This document shows, piece by piece, positions 37,283-50,512 of a stretch of DNA of 64,000 nucleotides; position 1 is the stretch's first letter; the number at the start of each line of letters is the position of its first letter. Location: NCBI GenBank assembly GCA_040954595.2, contig CM082577.2, positions 17,766,203 through 17,830,202 of the forward strand, written 5' to 3'. A program made the translations under genes and the position numbers. Below the pieces are notes generated by a model. It did not search any database. It saw only the letters and a program-made list of their open reading frames with translations, and was not told the origin of the DNA. Origin of the DNA: Balanoglossus misakiensis (taxonomy: Eukaryota; Animalia; Hemichordata).

Positions 37283-40200
37283 TTAGACACACTTGGCAGT
37301 CTGAGCCCCCTGTAAAATGTACCTAATCGCACTGGTTTGCACTGTATTGGTGTGAGGGTCTTGTATAGGCCCTTCTGATTAACACAAACTTGGCAGTCTA
37401 ACAGGCCTGGGAGCCAGGATTCTAGGCACCCTGGAAACCAAACCAGTTTCAACTTACATGGCAGCGTTAGGGTTAAAGTGGCTAAAGCTTTTATTCTACT
37501 ATTGGCATGAAATACAAGCAAAACTTGAATGGTCTCCATTTACAAACCTGAAAAACTACACAGAGGTGCTCACCAAAATATGTAAAGTTTGTAAACATTT
37601 TTGTAGGTGCTGAATCATTCAAGAGCTGTAGTACAATTATCTGTTCAATATACACATATAATTTGGTAACCAGGCATGTTTTCTGCACAGCTGACCTTTT
37701 GTTTTTAATAGTTCTGTGCACAAAATACGTTCATGGCCCATACCATTACCACCTGCAGTACAAATACACAGACCTTCACATTTGTACCAACAATGACAAA
37801 AATTGCAAATATGTTCTACCTTAGAAAACAAATCGTTTATGTTGATGCCCTTTATACATGGTTGAAATCGCAATGTAAAATCTGACACACAGGGAGTCAA
37901 CTACTATCATGATAATGAATACACCTACATAAAACCACATACATATGAGCTACATGTTCAGCCATGGCCATAATAGGCCAATTTCATGACCTCCTTGTGC
38001 CTTAACATCCTGGAATTTTAACTTTCCTTATCAATCTTTTGAGTTTTAATTCTGAAAGTGAAACACTCGACCATGCTATTGAATCTGTGCACTCTAACTC
38101 ATACTACTCACTACAACAATTTAGAATATTATTTTACAAAAGGGTGAATGTTGTATGTAATGTTGATTGAATTATGTCATTGCAATAAAACAATTGCACA
38201 TGCCCTGGCCAAAGAAGGGTGAGGAGTGCAACCAATAACAAACACACCATCTAATTATTATTAATTACATGTTCATCTTCAGCCAAAATACAGGTCTGCA
38301 AGTCTGGCCATGGCAATAATTTGTGTTTTCCCAGCACAAAATAACACAAGCAAATGCGGCATTAATGCCCCTATTACATCAATGCATCCATCCACTAACA
38401 ACCATAAAAAGTCATGTGATTCTTCCTCCCTATCTATGTTAACCCTGCATGGTATAAGTACGAAGCCAGCTTCATCAGCTTATGCTTCCAAACAACCAAA
38501 AATTCACCAACCATGATACTTTTTGGGTGTGCTCTTCAGGCCTAATTACATAAAATGCAAGAGAAAATGGATTTGGCCTAGAAATCAGTGAACTCTGAAA
38601 AATGAAAAAAAAATAAAAATAAAAATAAAGTCAAACTCAAAGGATCAAGCAGACTTGGATAGCTGTGGATTTTCCATCATGGGCACATACCAGACATAGC
38701 GACTGCTGAGTAGCACTGTTCAAGTAGCACCAAGGTCATAGCAAAGACGCATGAATTGCAAGTAACACCGGTTGAAGTCATTACAGATGGCCTCAGCGAC
38801 ATATGCAACTTCTTTAGTTTTTTCTTCTTTTTTCTTCTTTCCTATTACATATGTTGCATTTGCAACTAAGGTTAACATTTTCTTTTCCCACCTACTAAAT
38901 AGGTAAATGGCAACCAATATTTGACATTTACATGTACCATCTAAGTTAATGTACTGTACGATCGATTATAAAATTTGTCTATAACTTACATTGCGATACA
39001 TTCTAATCATAAAATGAGCATAACAGTTTTGTTCTCATTGGAAAAAAGGTACAACCTGAATTTTGAACTTTCAAAAGAATAACTTTCAAAGTTTGTGCAA
39101 TCTATGATTTGAGACAAGAATATATTATAAGTCAACTTCCACTGAAAGCTTCTACACTTGTTGTATCCAACATTAGTTCTCTTTCCAGGTTTCAATCTTT
39201 ATATCTAAAACATCATCAAAATAAATGTTATGTGGGTACTTTAAAATATTTTGAATTATTTTGGCTGACACTACATGTACATGTCAGAAAAATTAATGCT
39301 ACATGTATATAAACCCCAGTACATGTATGCACAATTTTCATCCCAAATTGGTGCATCAAAGTTTATCACTTGAAGTTTCCACTCTGAATCAGCTGGTCTT
39401 TAGATACAAGGATACCAATATTGTGCAATGAATTATGATCATGCTATGCAACTAATAAAAGTTGAACACAGCTGACAAGAAATTTCACAATATCAATTTA
39501 CATATGATGTGACAGCTGGCACAGCTGCGTGGGTGACTTCATTTCCGAAATTTAATGAAAAATGTTGTTGATGGCAGTATGCCATGATACCCTGCACATG
39601 TGGCAGCGTGTCTAAACTTGGCAGCCACAAAGGAAGAAATGTGCGGAGCATTTGATCATTTGTTTCTGAATGTGATAGATAAACAGCTATGACTCTCCTT
39701 CGACCCAAAACTACACATGGTCTTTCTACGGTACATGAATACCAATTTTCTAAGCAATCAGATCAGAAGTCTTGAAAATTTTATGCTCTGACCAGCACAC
39801 TCGCATTTTGACCTTGTTCACATACTTTTGGTAGTGACAACTGTCAAAAGGTTTCATAAATATTCTGAAGTCCATATGGTGGCCCATCAACGCATACTTG
39901 TTCCTTCTCACTCTTTGACTCCCCCCCCCCACCCTCTCTGTTTCTCCCTGCAATTGAACCAATCACAAATGATGTTTATGAATTCAATACTTATAAACAT
40001 TTGTAATGATCCAAATTTGTGAAATATTCAGTGAATGACTAATCCTAATGATGTGTTTGCTCATGAATTTTTAATTGTCCATTCATTAATCTGCTGTTTC
40101 CCATTCGAATATGCCAGATAGAGCTGCTTTTATGCATAGCACTATGAAGCCCATGTACATGTAGAGCTCTGGCTTGCAAGTACATGCATATCACAGCACA

Positions 40201-40619
40201 CTAAACTATAAGTGCTACTGTCAAAGTGTCGTACTGGAATAATAGATTCTCACACGGCCACAAATTAGCCAAATTCGTTAAAAACATTGAATAAATGACT
40301 CTGGAACTGTCGTCTGGGCACGGTGTAGTTTCTGTCCCTATAATACACATCATGCCATTGGATAACATTTAGCACACGTTTGCAAAAGAATGCTTTGTCA
40401 ACCAATCAGCGCTCGCGTCATATACAACTTTTGGTTCAGTGAGAATGTGGGATCGATTTGTTCTCACACTCTGTTCTCACACTCCCAGCATGCAATAATA
40501 ACATAACTCAATGAACTCTACGCACAATCGGTGCAGTACAGAAAAGTATTTCATTCATGTTCTGATGTATTTTCACTCACTGGGTTGGCTCGTGAAAGTA
40601 CGGGGGGTATATTATAAAT

Positions 40620-41080
40620 CTATTTATAATATACCTCATGCTAATACTGTGTTGTGATTCGCCAGAATCCGTCACGTGATAGGAAAATAGAATCGACTAT
40701 GAATCCCTCTAGGGAAATAGCAGAAAAAATATAAACCGGTCACGTGACCAGCGTGAGTGCGCAGACTCGGTCACGTCAATCACGGTCGCGTCGTCTGACA
40801 CAATGGCCACCGCTGAAGATGTCGTCTGCCAACCTCAAGAGAAAATTGCAAGATTTTCCCAACTGTTAGCATGAGGTTTATTATAAAACACCTATAGCCT
40901 GGCCTATATTCGGGCCATAGCAGCCGTTTTTACCCCCTCGTGACTGTGAGTTACCAGAATAATATGCTATTTCCCTCGGCTTATGGCCTTGGGAAATAGC
41001 ATATGATTCTGGTAACTCACAGCCCCTCGGGGGTAATAAACGGCCGCTATGGCCCTCATGGCCAGGCAATAGGTGTTCAC
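40620..41080. mobile_element. Crypton-like hairpin element
   Basis: tataatacctcatg..tgattcgccag start; ~190-bp imperfect hairpin 40888-41077. Confidence 0.6.
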
Positions 41081-41529
41081 TATAAGGACTACATGTAATA
41101 ACTCTGCCTGTCTGCCTACCAACCTCAGTACCTGCCTGTGGCATGTATTTAAATCTTCTGTCTGGGTTCATTTGTCTACCTCTCACACATGTATATTAGC
41201 ATTTCAATTAACAATAGCTGAAATTATCATACATGCAACGCCTGTATTTAACACTTTCTATCGTTCTCGCCCCGAAGATATTTTACGGTATTTCACAATG
41301 TGAAAATATCGCGTCCGCGTCTCAGCGCGACAGTTCGCTGCGCGCGCGAGCGACATACGAGGCATAAGACTCTAGTGGAGAGGGGTGTTGTAAAATTCGG
41401 TTATTAGAAGCTGTAATAAAGTTTTCAAAGCTGGAGGTTTTGTCATGTTGAATGCATCATTTTTAGTTCTTCGAAATTCTCAACGCAAAATAATTGTTAA
41501 CATGATATTTTGAAGATAACGTAGACAAT

Positions 41530-41865
41530 TTTATTTAGAATGCGGATGTGCCCATCGTAATGAAAGCTGCCAACCCCCTTAAAATGATACTACGGCCCAC
41601 ACGTCATACGTCACAACATGGCTACTGCCGTGATCCCAGCGCCCGGTTCAAATTTGAAATTGTTTTTCTCGGCGCATTTTCGCAAATCGTACTGTTTTAT
41701 AGGTAGGCATGTATGGTAAAGGGGTTATTACACGAATTGTGGTCGATAATGCGACGCATTCTCGTGATGTCCGTATTTTGACTCGTTGCGAAGCGCAACT
41801 CGTCAAAATACGGACACACTCGAATACGACGCGTTATCGACCAAAATTCGTATAATAACCCCTAA
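41530..41865. mobile_element. Crypton-like hairpin element; inverted copy lacking the inner stem at ~27369-27580
   Basis: GGGGTTATTACACGAATT..GTCCGTATTTTGAC/GTCAAAATACGGAC..AATTCGTATAATAACCCC hairpin 41721-41862; left boundary approximate. Confidence 0.6.
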
Positions 41866-42378
41866 ATATCACATTCTTGTACATAATGGTTTGATAAAAA
41901 TGATTTTTCAAAAACACCTGGTATAAAAGCACAAGTCAAGCTGTAAAAAAAGTGTCAATGTTAATCATCACATCATGTTTACATGTTAATACCAAATTAA
42001 TTACCTGATTGCATAGTGTTAGTGTATTTATATTCACAGGGGATTGCATTTAGGGATTAATTATTGAATGTTTTTGTGCATTCATACAGTTCATGTAAAT
42101 AATAAATTTTAATGATGCTGGCAAGCCGCTGATATGGCACAATGGAAGCAAAAATATATACAAAAATAGGGTTAAAATGTGACTTATATGGCTGCTTCGG
42201 ACATATTTCACATTTGAGATAGTTATAATGTTTGTAGTCCTAGTTTGTTCAGTAATTAAAGAAACACTATTTGATTAGTCACAAGGTCTGAAGTTGTCTA
42301 TTTGTAATTAAAGAAGGTCGACCAGGGAAATACATTTTTTACTGGCAAATTATATATTTATTACATGTATTATTATTA

Positions 42379-42587
42379 CTGTAAAAACAGGTTATTTTCG
42401 CGAGCAATAAATTTTCGTGAAATACACAAGAGCCAAAAAAACAAGTGAAAATAAAAAGTCGCGTAAATGATTTTCGGAGATAACGATGTAGTTAGTGAAA
42501 TACATGAGCCAAAATTAATCCTCGCGTAACGGTTGCCTCTTTTGATATTGCAAAAATTTCCTGTTGCGAAAATAACCCGTTTTACAA
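42379..42587. mobile_element. Short TA-inserting MITE
   Basis: TA|CTGTAAAAACAGGTTATTTTCGC...GCGAAAATAACCCGTTTTACAA|TA; related to 32222-32415. Confidence 0.7.
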
Positions 42588-43963
42588 TATTACATGTATG
42601 TAATGATATGTACGGCGTTGACTTGTTTGATTAGAAAATTAAATCACCACTCTATAAGCCCAAACAGCCAACCAGTGAAAAACAGTGAGATTTGGTGTAT
42701 TTTACCTGTGCCAAAGTACATTGAATTCTGTACATAATGAGCCATGCCAAAGCGTTCCAAATAAGTTGAGGTGGAAAAAAATAGCCAGTACTTCTTAGCA
42801 GTGTGGCATGTAACACCTCTGGCAGAAAGGGGTTTAATCAAACTAATTTCATCATTTAATTTTTGTACTGAACATTAATGGTAGGTGTGGTTTGCGTTGC
42901 ACTAAAAAGCGCATAAATGAAACATACACATTTTCCTTGAACCATGTTTGAACAAAATCAGTACAACCTGAACCAAACAGTACTGTCTAGATGAGACTCA
43001 TTCTAGATTCCAACGCCCAAGCTTTGCAGAGACAAAATACAGGCTGTGAGTTCAGCTACAACTGTATGTCAACCAGTCACTCAGTATGTTATTGGTTACA
43101 CAGTGATATAAATAATCCATCAAAAGACAATAAAATAACAGAAACAGGGTCAAAACTTCAAGCAACTTTGGACTTTAAGCAACTCTGGTGGTTTTGCAAA
43201 TATTTGAAGGCAATGAACAGCTGTACTTTTTATGTACTATTTAAAAGTCCACTATCTGTAACTTCTGGCTACTTTTTCAGTATTTTTTGTGTGTATCATC
43301 AATTTTCTTGTTCTCCTCCCTACAGAATCCCGACACGCCCAGTTTTCTGCTTGTCAAAAAGCCATGTGTATATTTATGTAAAGATCATTGCTAATGCTAT
43401 TGTCCGGCTTTGAATACAATTTCTAAAAGATAACAATGACAATTGTGCACACATGGGCTATGTTGAAGAGATTAACAATATGCATTTCACCCTTCAGGAA
43501 GCTAAACAAGAAAGCTGGTTGACATACAGAATTCAAATAATTTTTAAAAAATAGCCGAAAGTTATAGAAAGTTGACATTCAAACAAAAACGGATGCAGTC
43601 AAAACATGTTTAACTGTGTAGAATTAACTTTCATCAAATACAATCATCAAATAGTATCTGGCTACATGTTTTGTGAGAAAATCAATTAAATATCAGGACC
43701 TTTAAATTAAGTAGAATTTACATAAAATCAGGCATATCAGTTCTATCATTTAAGCATTACATGATTGGCATATGAATTATTGAATTCAGTAAATTAATGA
43801 ATTTAAAATTTACTTAGTGCACTGTTCTTCTTAGCCTTATTGAAGGGGCAAAGTCGTTTAATTTTGACATTATTTCGGTTGGTTTTTTTTTTTGTATGTA
43901 TGTATGGCAAATATCAGAATACAATTACGATAAAATATGGGTGTACAACACACATACATGTAC

Positions 43964-44032
43964 ATCATGGGTCTGGTCTTGAACCTACAACCCTCCGATT
44001 GCGATTCAGAACTCTTAACCACTAGGTCATGA
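43964..44032 (-). mobile_element. tRNA-derived SINE head remnant
   Basis: Minus strand A-box-like TAGTGGTTAAG and B-box-like GGTTCAAGACC at tRNA-like spacing; no intact acceptor stem. Confidence 0.45.
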
Positions 44033-44829
44033 TATGATACCTTCCGGACTACAGCAGAGTACAATTTAAATACTGAGTCAGAAAAACGAAATGCTAGTTA
44101 CATAACAATCTCTTCATCAACATGTTTTACACACCACTTACCCCAGTGATGGATATTTCCACATTACAAGTGTAATTTATTAGTTGTTGGTCTCAACATT
44201 TATGAAAACAATGTACCTGCCAGTGACACTTGGGCTCTTTTTCTTTGGCAAATTTACTTAGGTATATCATGCCAATATTGCATTCTTCTGTTTCCAGCGA
44301 GTGACGCTGGACGCAGCAATGCCGACATAACCCACCCTATTTACAGCTCCAGTGAATGCCATCAAACAATTTAAACAGCTAATAGGCAAATAAGTGAGTG
44401 TTTGTGATGGACATATATTCAGAAATAAGCAGAACATGATTAACTCCATTATATCAGCAACTTCATGTATTCGAATAAGGATAAAAACAGCGAAAGTTCC
44501 TATGGGATCTCTGACTGATGATGGAACACCAGAATGCAATCCTTACCACTTACGTATTCTAGTCAAATACATGTAGTGAGTCGCAATTAATTTGTGAAGA
44601 GTCGAGTCTGCAAAATGGGCCGAAATTCCTGTATTATGTTCCTATCCTGACCTGAGCATGATGTCGTGTAAATGTACAACTTGCAAGGAGTGCCAAAATG
44701 CTCATCATTGAAGTTCAACGATGTATGGGAAAAGGGGTTATTTAATATACTGTCAGAATAGGTTATTCTGTATTTTTATTTTATTTTAGAGGAAGGTGGT
44801 GAGTGCGGATAGAAGTTCAATTTATTTAC

Positions 44830-45408
44830 CTGGTCTAAGGCCATAGTGACCCACGTATCAAGTAGTAAATCCAGCCGTCCTGAATGATATCTCTTAGTAG
44901 TCTTGACGCCGATGAAAACGTCTGAGATTTCAGTCTTTCGGGCATGACTGGCGAGAACTGTCTCTGTTGTATTGAAACCTGGAAGTTGGTGATTCCGATC
45001 GACGCGATCATGAACGGCAGCTAATTCAATACTGGTTTTCACGCCCAGGCGTTGCTCTGGTTCGTTGAAATTGGGTTTGTTATTAAGTTCAGGGGCTTGA
45101 AAGTCCAAGTCGTGTACACCACTTTGGTTTGACTCTGAATACTTGATTTCAATTATCTTAGCTGGGGAATCATACTGTCCGTCTGAAAGACCCTGGATAT
45201 GCCTACCATCGTGGTAACGATGCGGAAAGTTTGGTCGACTGCGTTTGGCCAAGTAGTTGATCAATGGCCGATCTTCCGTATTATGATGTTCCTTTACTTC
45301 CGCACCGATTCTTAAGTCGTTCTCCTCTGTATCCCAGATGATCACAACCAAACACAGTACGGCCACCAATACCAGACCCTGTACGGTTCGTTTAGCCCGT
45401 ACACGCAT
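44830..45408 (-). CDS. fng: Fringe (O-fucosylpeptide beta-1,3-N-acetylglucosaminyltransferase; LFNG/RFNG/MFNG family) exon 1
   Basis: ATG 45408; hydrophobic signal-anchor LVLVAVLCLVVIIW, stem, then DVFIGVKTTKRYHSGRLDLLLDTW..DQ|gtaaat. Full model 45408-44830, 26581-26533, 26231-26189, 25194-25135, 24126-23979, 17853-17768, 17445-17375, 17058-16964, 15447-15356, 14763-14637 = 1350 nt, 449 aa. Confidence 0.95.
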
Positions 45409-47730
45409 CGTGCCGATGCTTTTTAGGGGAAGACACCATCAGTCTGCATCGGAATGTTCAAACGCGTTTGGCCAGACTCGTCAAACTTCGAAGTGTGCTT
45501 TCGAAGTTTTAGGAATGAATGCGCACGCACTAATTTGCATAATAGATTGTGGTGGCGCGACCAACCGGCGCGGCGGTGTGCATCATCACCTCTCGGATAA
45601 AACTGAGTCCTCTCACACTCCCTTTAAGCTATTAAAATGAACAAGGTCTGTACCAAATCCGAGACATACTAATAGTGAAATATAATGAATATACTTGATT
45701 CAAGAAAATGCGTGAGGGACGGCCATGCCACAGCGCGGAAGTAACTTTTTTTTCATTCACTGCCATAATACTACGGCCATTCGCGGCTGATGCTAACGCC
45801 GCGGGTTTGTCATGATCATGTTTTTTTAAAATCAATATTCGTCTTTCAAATGACAAATCGACGTCATTACAATAACAAAGGCTTACATAATGAAAAAGTA
45901 TTGTGATATTGGCAGATGTGATGCTAGAAGCCCAGTATTAGGGATCAAGCATATAAAGGGCCGGGCCTAATATCACTGGGCGAGTGGGACCAGGGAGGGC
46001 TCGTCGTCATGAAAATCATTTTTTCGAGCTGCATGTAAAGGAAAAAACTTTTTGGTCAGAAAATGGCTGTACATTGTACTTCTGAATCAATGACTGAAAC
46101 GGCATTACTGATAAGGCAAACTGGACGATTTTCTCACAAACATAATGAATCCTAATTTAAGATTTATAGGAAATCCATCAAAGGCCCATTTCTTGACATG
46201 GACATTTCTATAAAATAAACACAATATTTTTGTGCACGAATTCTATAAACAAACTTGGATACAGCCGTGTATAACATACGTATCTTGAGACTTCACATGC
46301 AGTTACTTAGATGATATCAAGATAGGTCAATATTTTAACCAAATTAATTCATTCTTTACTATAAAACTTGTGCGGATTCAGTTTGAAAACCACTTTTTCC
46401 CCAGAAAAAAATATTCTAGATGGTTTATTGATAAGTGTATAGGAAGCAATTGCGTTAGGTTCTAAGGCATTCAAGTAATTACCCCCTTTGGAACTGAACA
46501 TTCTCGGGTAGGCCTAATTATTGAGCTCAAAAACCCCTTTGCATGCTTTCTACCATAGTACACGATTTAAACTGTCGATGACCAGTTACCTGCTTCTAAT
46601 TTTGAGATATTTACTGAAATGTCTCGCGCAAGCCGCCCACCCTGCAGCCCACAATTATTGCGTCTAGGTGATCTTTGACTTCCAGATACAAACTTTGTCT
46701 TCGCTTATAGATAAAAAAAAAAAGAACCCCGAATCTCCACTCCGAGGAAATTGCAGTGCATCGTATCAGAATAAGGTATTAATGGTGGCCGAGGCATCTG
46801 TTAATTAAAGTTTTGGCAACAGATAGCTGAAACAGAAACCCAACTAATACTCTATGCCTTGCTGTGAACAAATTTCCATGCATGTATGTCAATATCTAAA
46901 AGCTGGTGCTGTTTTATGCCTAGCTGACTGGCAACAATTCAAGCACTGCTCTGTTAGTCCATTCACTAGTGAATTTATTAGTCATTATTTATATTATTTT
47001 ACTGATTTATTAACATATCATATTCCAGTGCAACATACCCAACTTTCTGTAGCTGTAACTTTTAATTTAATTAATTAATTAATTAATTAATATGTTTTAT
47101 TTTTTATTCGTCATCAAACAGGCGAATCTTGCCCCAAAACACTGAGAAGGAGGTACACACAACCCTTCGATTTTGAGTCTGGTACCCTCCATAACTTTTG
47201 CAATGAGGATTTTTCACTATTTTTGTTTTGAATGGCAACTACAGTTCCTTGCTCTACTCCGTAGAGCATGTTGAAATGACGGTATGCCTACTATTCAGCT
47301 TGTCAACTTTACCAGTTAATATGTAACATGTGCTTGCGAATGGTGTTCTGGATGGTCCGGCCAGGTTATTGTACTAGACTTCCATTCAAGCAAAGGCCAC
47401 TCTTTGCAAGCACTTCCGAGTGCATAGGCCATACATTTCCGAAACTGGTATCTGCACTGATAGCCTTTTCAAGTCATGAATTCTTGTTGTTTTACATACT
47501 GGTCGAAAGTAAACTGCCAGCGCCACTGTCCGTCTGCCACCAATACTGTTAATACACGTCACATTTTGCAGAAAACTGGAAATGCTTTATTGCAAAACAA
47601 AGTGAAATATGAACAAAACGTCCCACACGACAGAACTAGCCCTGTGCAATGTAAAAAAATCCAGAGAAATTAAGAAAAAAAAGCGTAAAGGGTCGGAAGT
47701 GAAAAAAGGGCAGAAAGAATGCACGCCCAT

Positions 47731-47880
47731 AGACCTATTCGCGGATAGGGTATCTGCAATGCATGATGGTATAATTTGCGTTCAACATAGCGTCTAGTAC
47801 TGTAGTACATGGCTAACACGCGCGCTCAGAACGCAAACTGTCCCACAACCCCCTGCGTTATTCTATCCGCGAAGTGGTCC
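47731..47880. mobile_element. 150-bp MITE with AT TSD (ISL2EU/Harbinger-like)
   Basis: AT|AGACCTATTCGCGGATAG...CTATCCGCGAAGTGGTCC|AT (imperfect TIR). Confidence 0.5.
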
Positions 47881-49414
47881 ATGCAGCTGGGAAAACACCA
47901 AGTTGCCCGTAGAGGGCTCCCAAACTGACAATCTAGGGAAATGTCGATCTCTTTTGACCCAAATTTGTTTGGTACATAAAGTTGATTATGCTGTTTGTCT
48001 TCGTGAACCATAATCAGTACTAGTTAATTGCAAAACCAAACAGTTCAAATCTGCTTGTAGACAGTCAGTATGAAGGGAAGTTGCCAGAATGCAAGCTATT
48101 GCACATATTAGTTTAGACAACAAAAACGTGAATCGTCATGGTGATGAGATTTCTAATTGTGGAGCCTTTCATTATATAGATAAGGAGAATGCCTTTTCCA
48201 TATACTCTTTGATGATGTTTATTGGAAAAAATAACCCATGTTATTGTAGTGAATAAGACATTTTGTTTAGGTAACTAATAACAAAAGGGATAAATTTTGA
48301 TCACTTCTGAAATTAATTATTTTGTACAATTAGAGACTTTGTGCCATTATTCCAGAAAGATCAAAGGGAGCGACTTTATCCGTGTATGTAAACAACAAAT
48401 TTAACGGCGATTGGTCCATGTACTTGCGGCTCTTCTTGACTAAATATGAAGAAAAACAAACTTAGGAAGTTAATAGTTATTGACATTATTTTGAGAGTTA
48501 ATTTCCGCTGTCATTCGTTTTGTTTTTTACAATTGCATTTGGCCTCCCTAATTCTAAGCTACAGATGCGTAATCACCCTTCCTCTAATCCTTAAATCTGC
48601 GGCGGGGCTGCGCCTGCTGCGTGTCTTAGCCGATGTGATGTACGATACACATCCCCGCTACGAAGAGTTAGTCTTGTATATTATTTTGGGCAATACGGAT
48701 TGTCATGCCATAGTTATTGCTATAAACATAATTGTCGTTCATTTTATATCGACCGTAAAGTTTCTCAAGACAGGGACCGTCGTAGGACCCAACAAATCCA
48801 ATCTTGCCACTGTTGGAGTCAACAGTCAACCCATCCTTGTAGCCAACTCATCACACAGGCGCTTGTATAGATGCTATTTCAGTTTTTTTTATTAATTGTA
48901 AAGTGGCTAAAATCGATAAATCAGTAGCTAAGACGATCTCCCGAATTTGCGTCAAACGAGCGCTCTCGCTATGTTCGGCCTAGGCCTAGCCTATACCCCC
49001 TGACTTTCGCAGGATCTTGCTGTCAGTCAGCCTACCATGTACATGATTCGGAATCGTTGCCGAGGATTGTCATAAGACCGTAATTCATTTCCAATAGACG
49101 ACAATAGTAGTGTTGAACTTAATATTCCTATTTTATAACGTCTAGTGAGCCGATTCCCATTAAGATTTAAGTACAGTCAGAGCAATGTCTGTTTGTGCAC
49201 AGGCTAAATTTTCGAGCATAACCTAAAACGAAGGAAACCGAAGGACACTGATTTTTCCATATTTTAGTGCGAAGGACACGGTTTTCTGTATGCTAGAGGC
49301 CGAAGGACTGGTTTAGCTTCGAATTAAACGCCGAAGGACGGGTGTAGCTCCGTAATTTTGGCCGAAGGAAAGCGAAGGACGCTCATATCTCCATATTTTA
49401 GGGCGAAGGGAAGC

Positions 49415-50209
49415 CAGTAAGGTGCGGAATTGCGTTTTATCGTTTTTAGAAAGTTTAGCTACAAGTGTAGAAAGCTAAATTAGCTGTAGCTAAATAGTTC
49501 TAAACTATCTAAGTTTTAAGGATAATTATCACTACGATAATTATCGCTTTCTAAATATCGTTCTAAATTTATAAATTAGCCACAGTTTAGAAAGCCCCCC
49601 CCCCCCCCGACTAAAATTTTCTGCCGACGATATAAGTGCTGTATTTCCATTCCAATATTTGCGGAATTTTCATGTATGATTTCAATTGGTGCATTTCAAT
49701 TTCAATATTTGCGTACGGGAGAATGTTGGGAATCGTTTATTGCCCAAATCAAGCCTTATCTCAAAACTCCTCTCAGTTTATTGAGATATGGGCTTCGTTT
49801 GTATGACACCATTGTTCTGTGCAACGACTGAAGTCTCAGGTTAATCAATGTCTTAACACCATTGTTCTACCATTATGAGGTGTTGTAAAATGTCAGAGTT
49901 AGAACTTCGACTATATATACTGTTAAAATAAAACAAAGATCACATTTGACTTCCCACCGAAGTACTGGCCATCCCGTCTCTCTCTTCATTCCAAGCCTAC
50001 TTCCAAAGTGTACGCCGTACATTTGTAAACGCCCAAGTAGTCCAACTTTCTAAACTGCTGCTAGTTTAGAAAGTTTAGAACGATATTTAGAAAGTGATAA
50101 TTATCTTGAAAAAAGCCGTGTTTATCATTATTAGCTAAATTAGCTTCCTTAGACAATACATGTAGTTTAGAAATGCCCCTTCAATAAGACACAATTCCGC
50201 ACCTAACTC
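49415..50209. mobile_element. hAT-like MITE nested in the foldback element
   Basis: CAGTAAGGTGCGGAATTG...CAATTCCGCACCTAACTC; 8-bp TSD AGGGAAGC/AGGAAAGC (one mismatch) duplicating host repeat sequence. Confidence 0.7.
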
Positions 50210-50326
50210 AGGAAAGCGAAGGACAGTGATTCTCCATATTTTAGGGAGAAGGACATTAGTATCCATCTCTCTGTATCTCGGAACTAGGATATCAATAGTG
50301 TGATCTTGTGTTGAGATCGTTTTTTG

Positions 50327-50512
50327 TCAGTTGTTTTTCATTTCCAGTTCATGGAACGTAATGTCGGCTATTCCCGGTGAAGCATTTGAGCCCACGGTAC
50401 AACTGCATGTTTGCTTGTAGAATTTGTTGTTTAATTCAAAAGTATTGTTACGTAGAATTAGTGATAGCATTTCTATGAGGTATGTTTGTTTAGATTTGTT
50501 TCGTGTAAACAT
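50327..50512 (-). pseudogene. Penelope-like reverse transcriptase fragment
   Basis: LIEMLSLILRNNTFELNNKFYKQTCSCTVGSNASPGIADITFHELE resembles the PLE RT motif L..N.F.F....Y.Q..G.AMGS..SP.IA.I.M..LE. Confidence 0.65.

Noticed and set aside
37021-37539. 172-aa minus-strand ORF in fringe intron 1
   Set aside because: Runs across a Harbinger MITE end; no recognisable protein features.
43964-44032. Possible tRNA gene
   Set aside because: A/B-box-like motifs are present but no convincing acceptor stem or cloverleaf; treated as a SINE remnant.
45232-45250. KRSR in the fringe stem as a Lunatic-type furin site
   Set aside because: Lacks the P4 Arg of the R-X-X-R consensus; not supportable.
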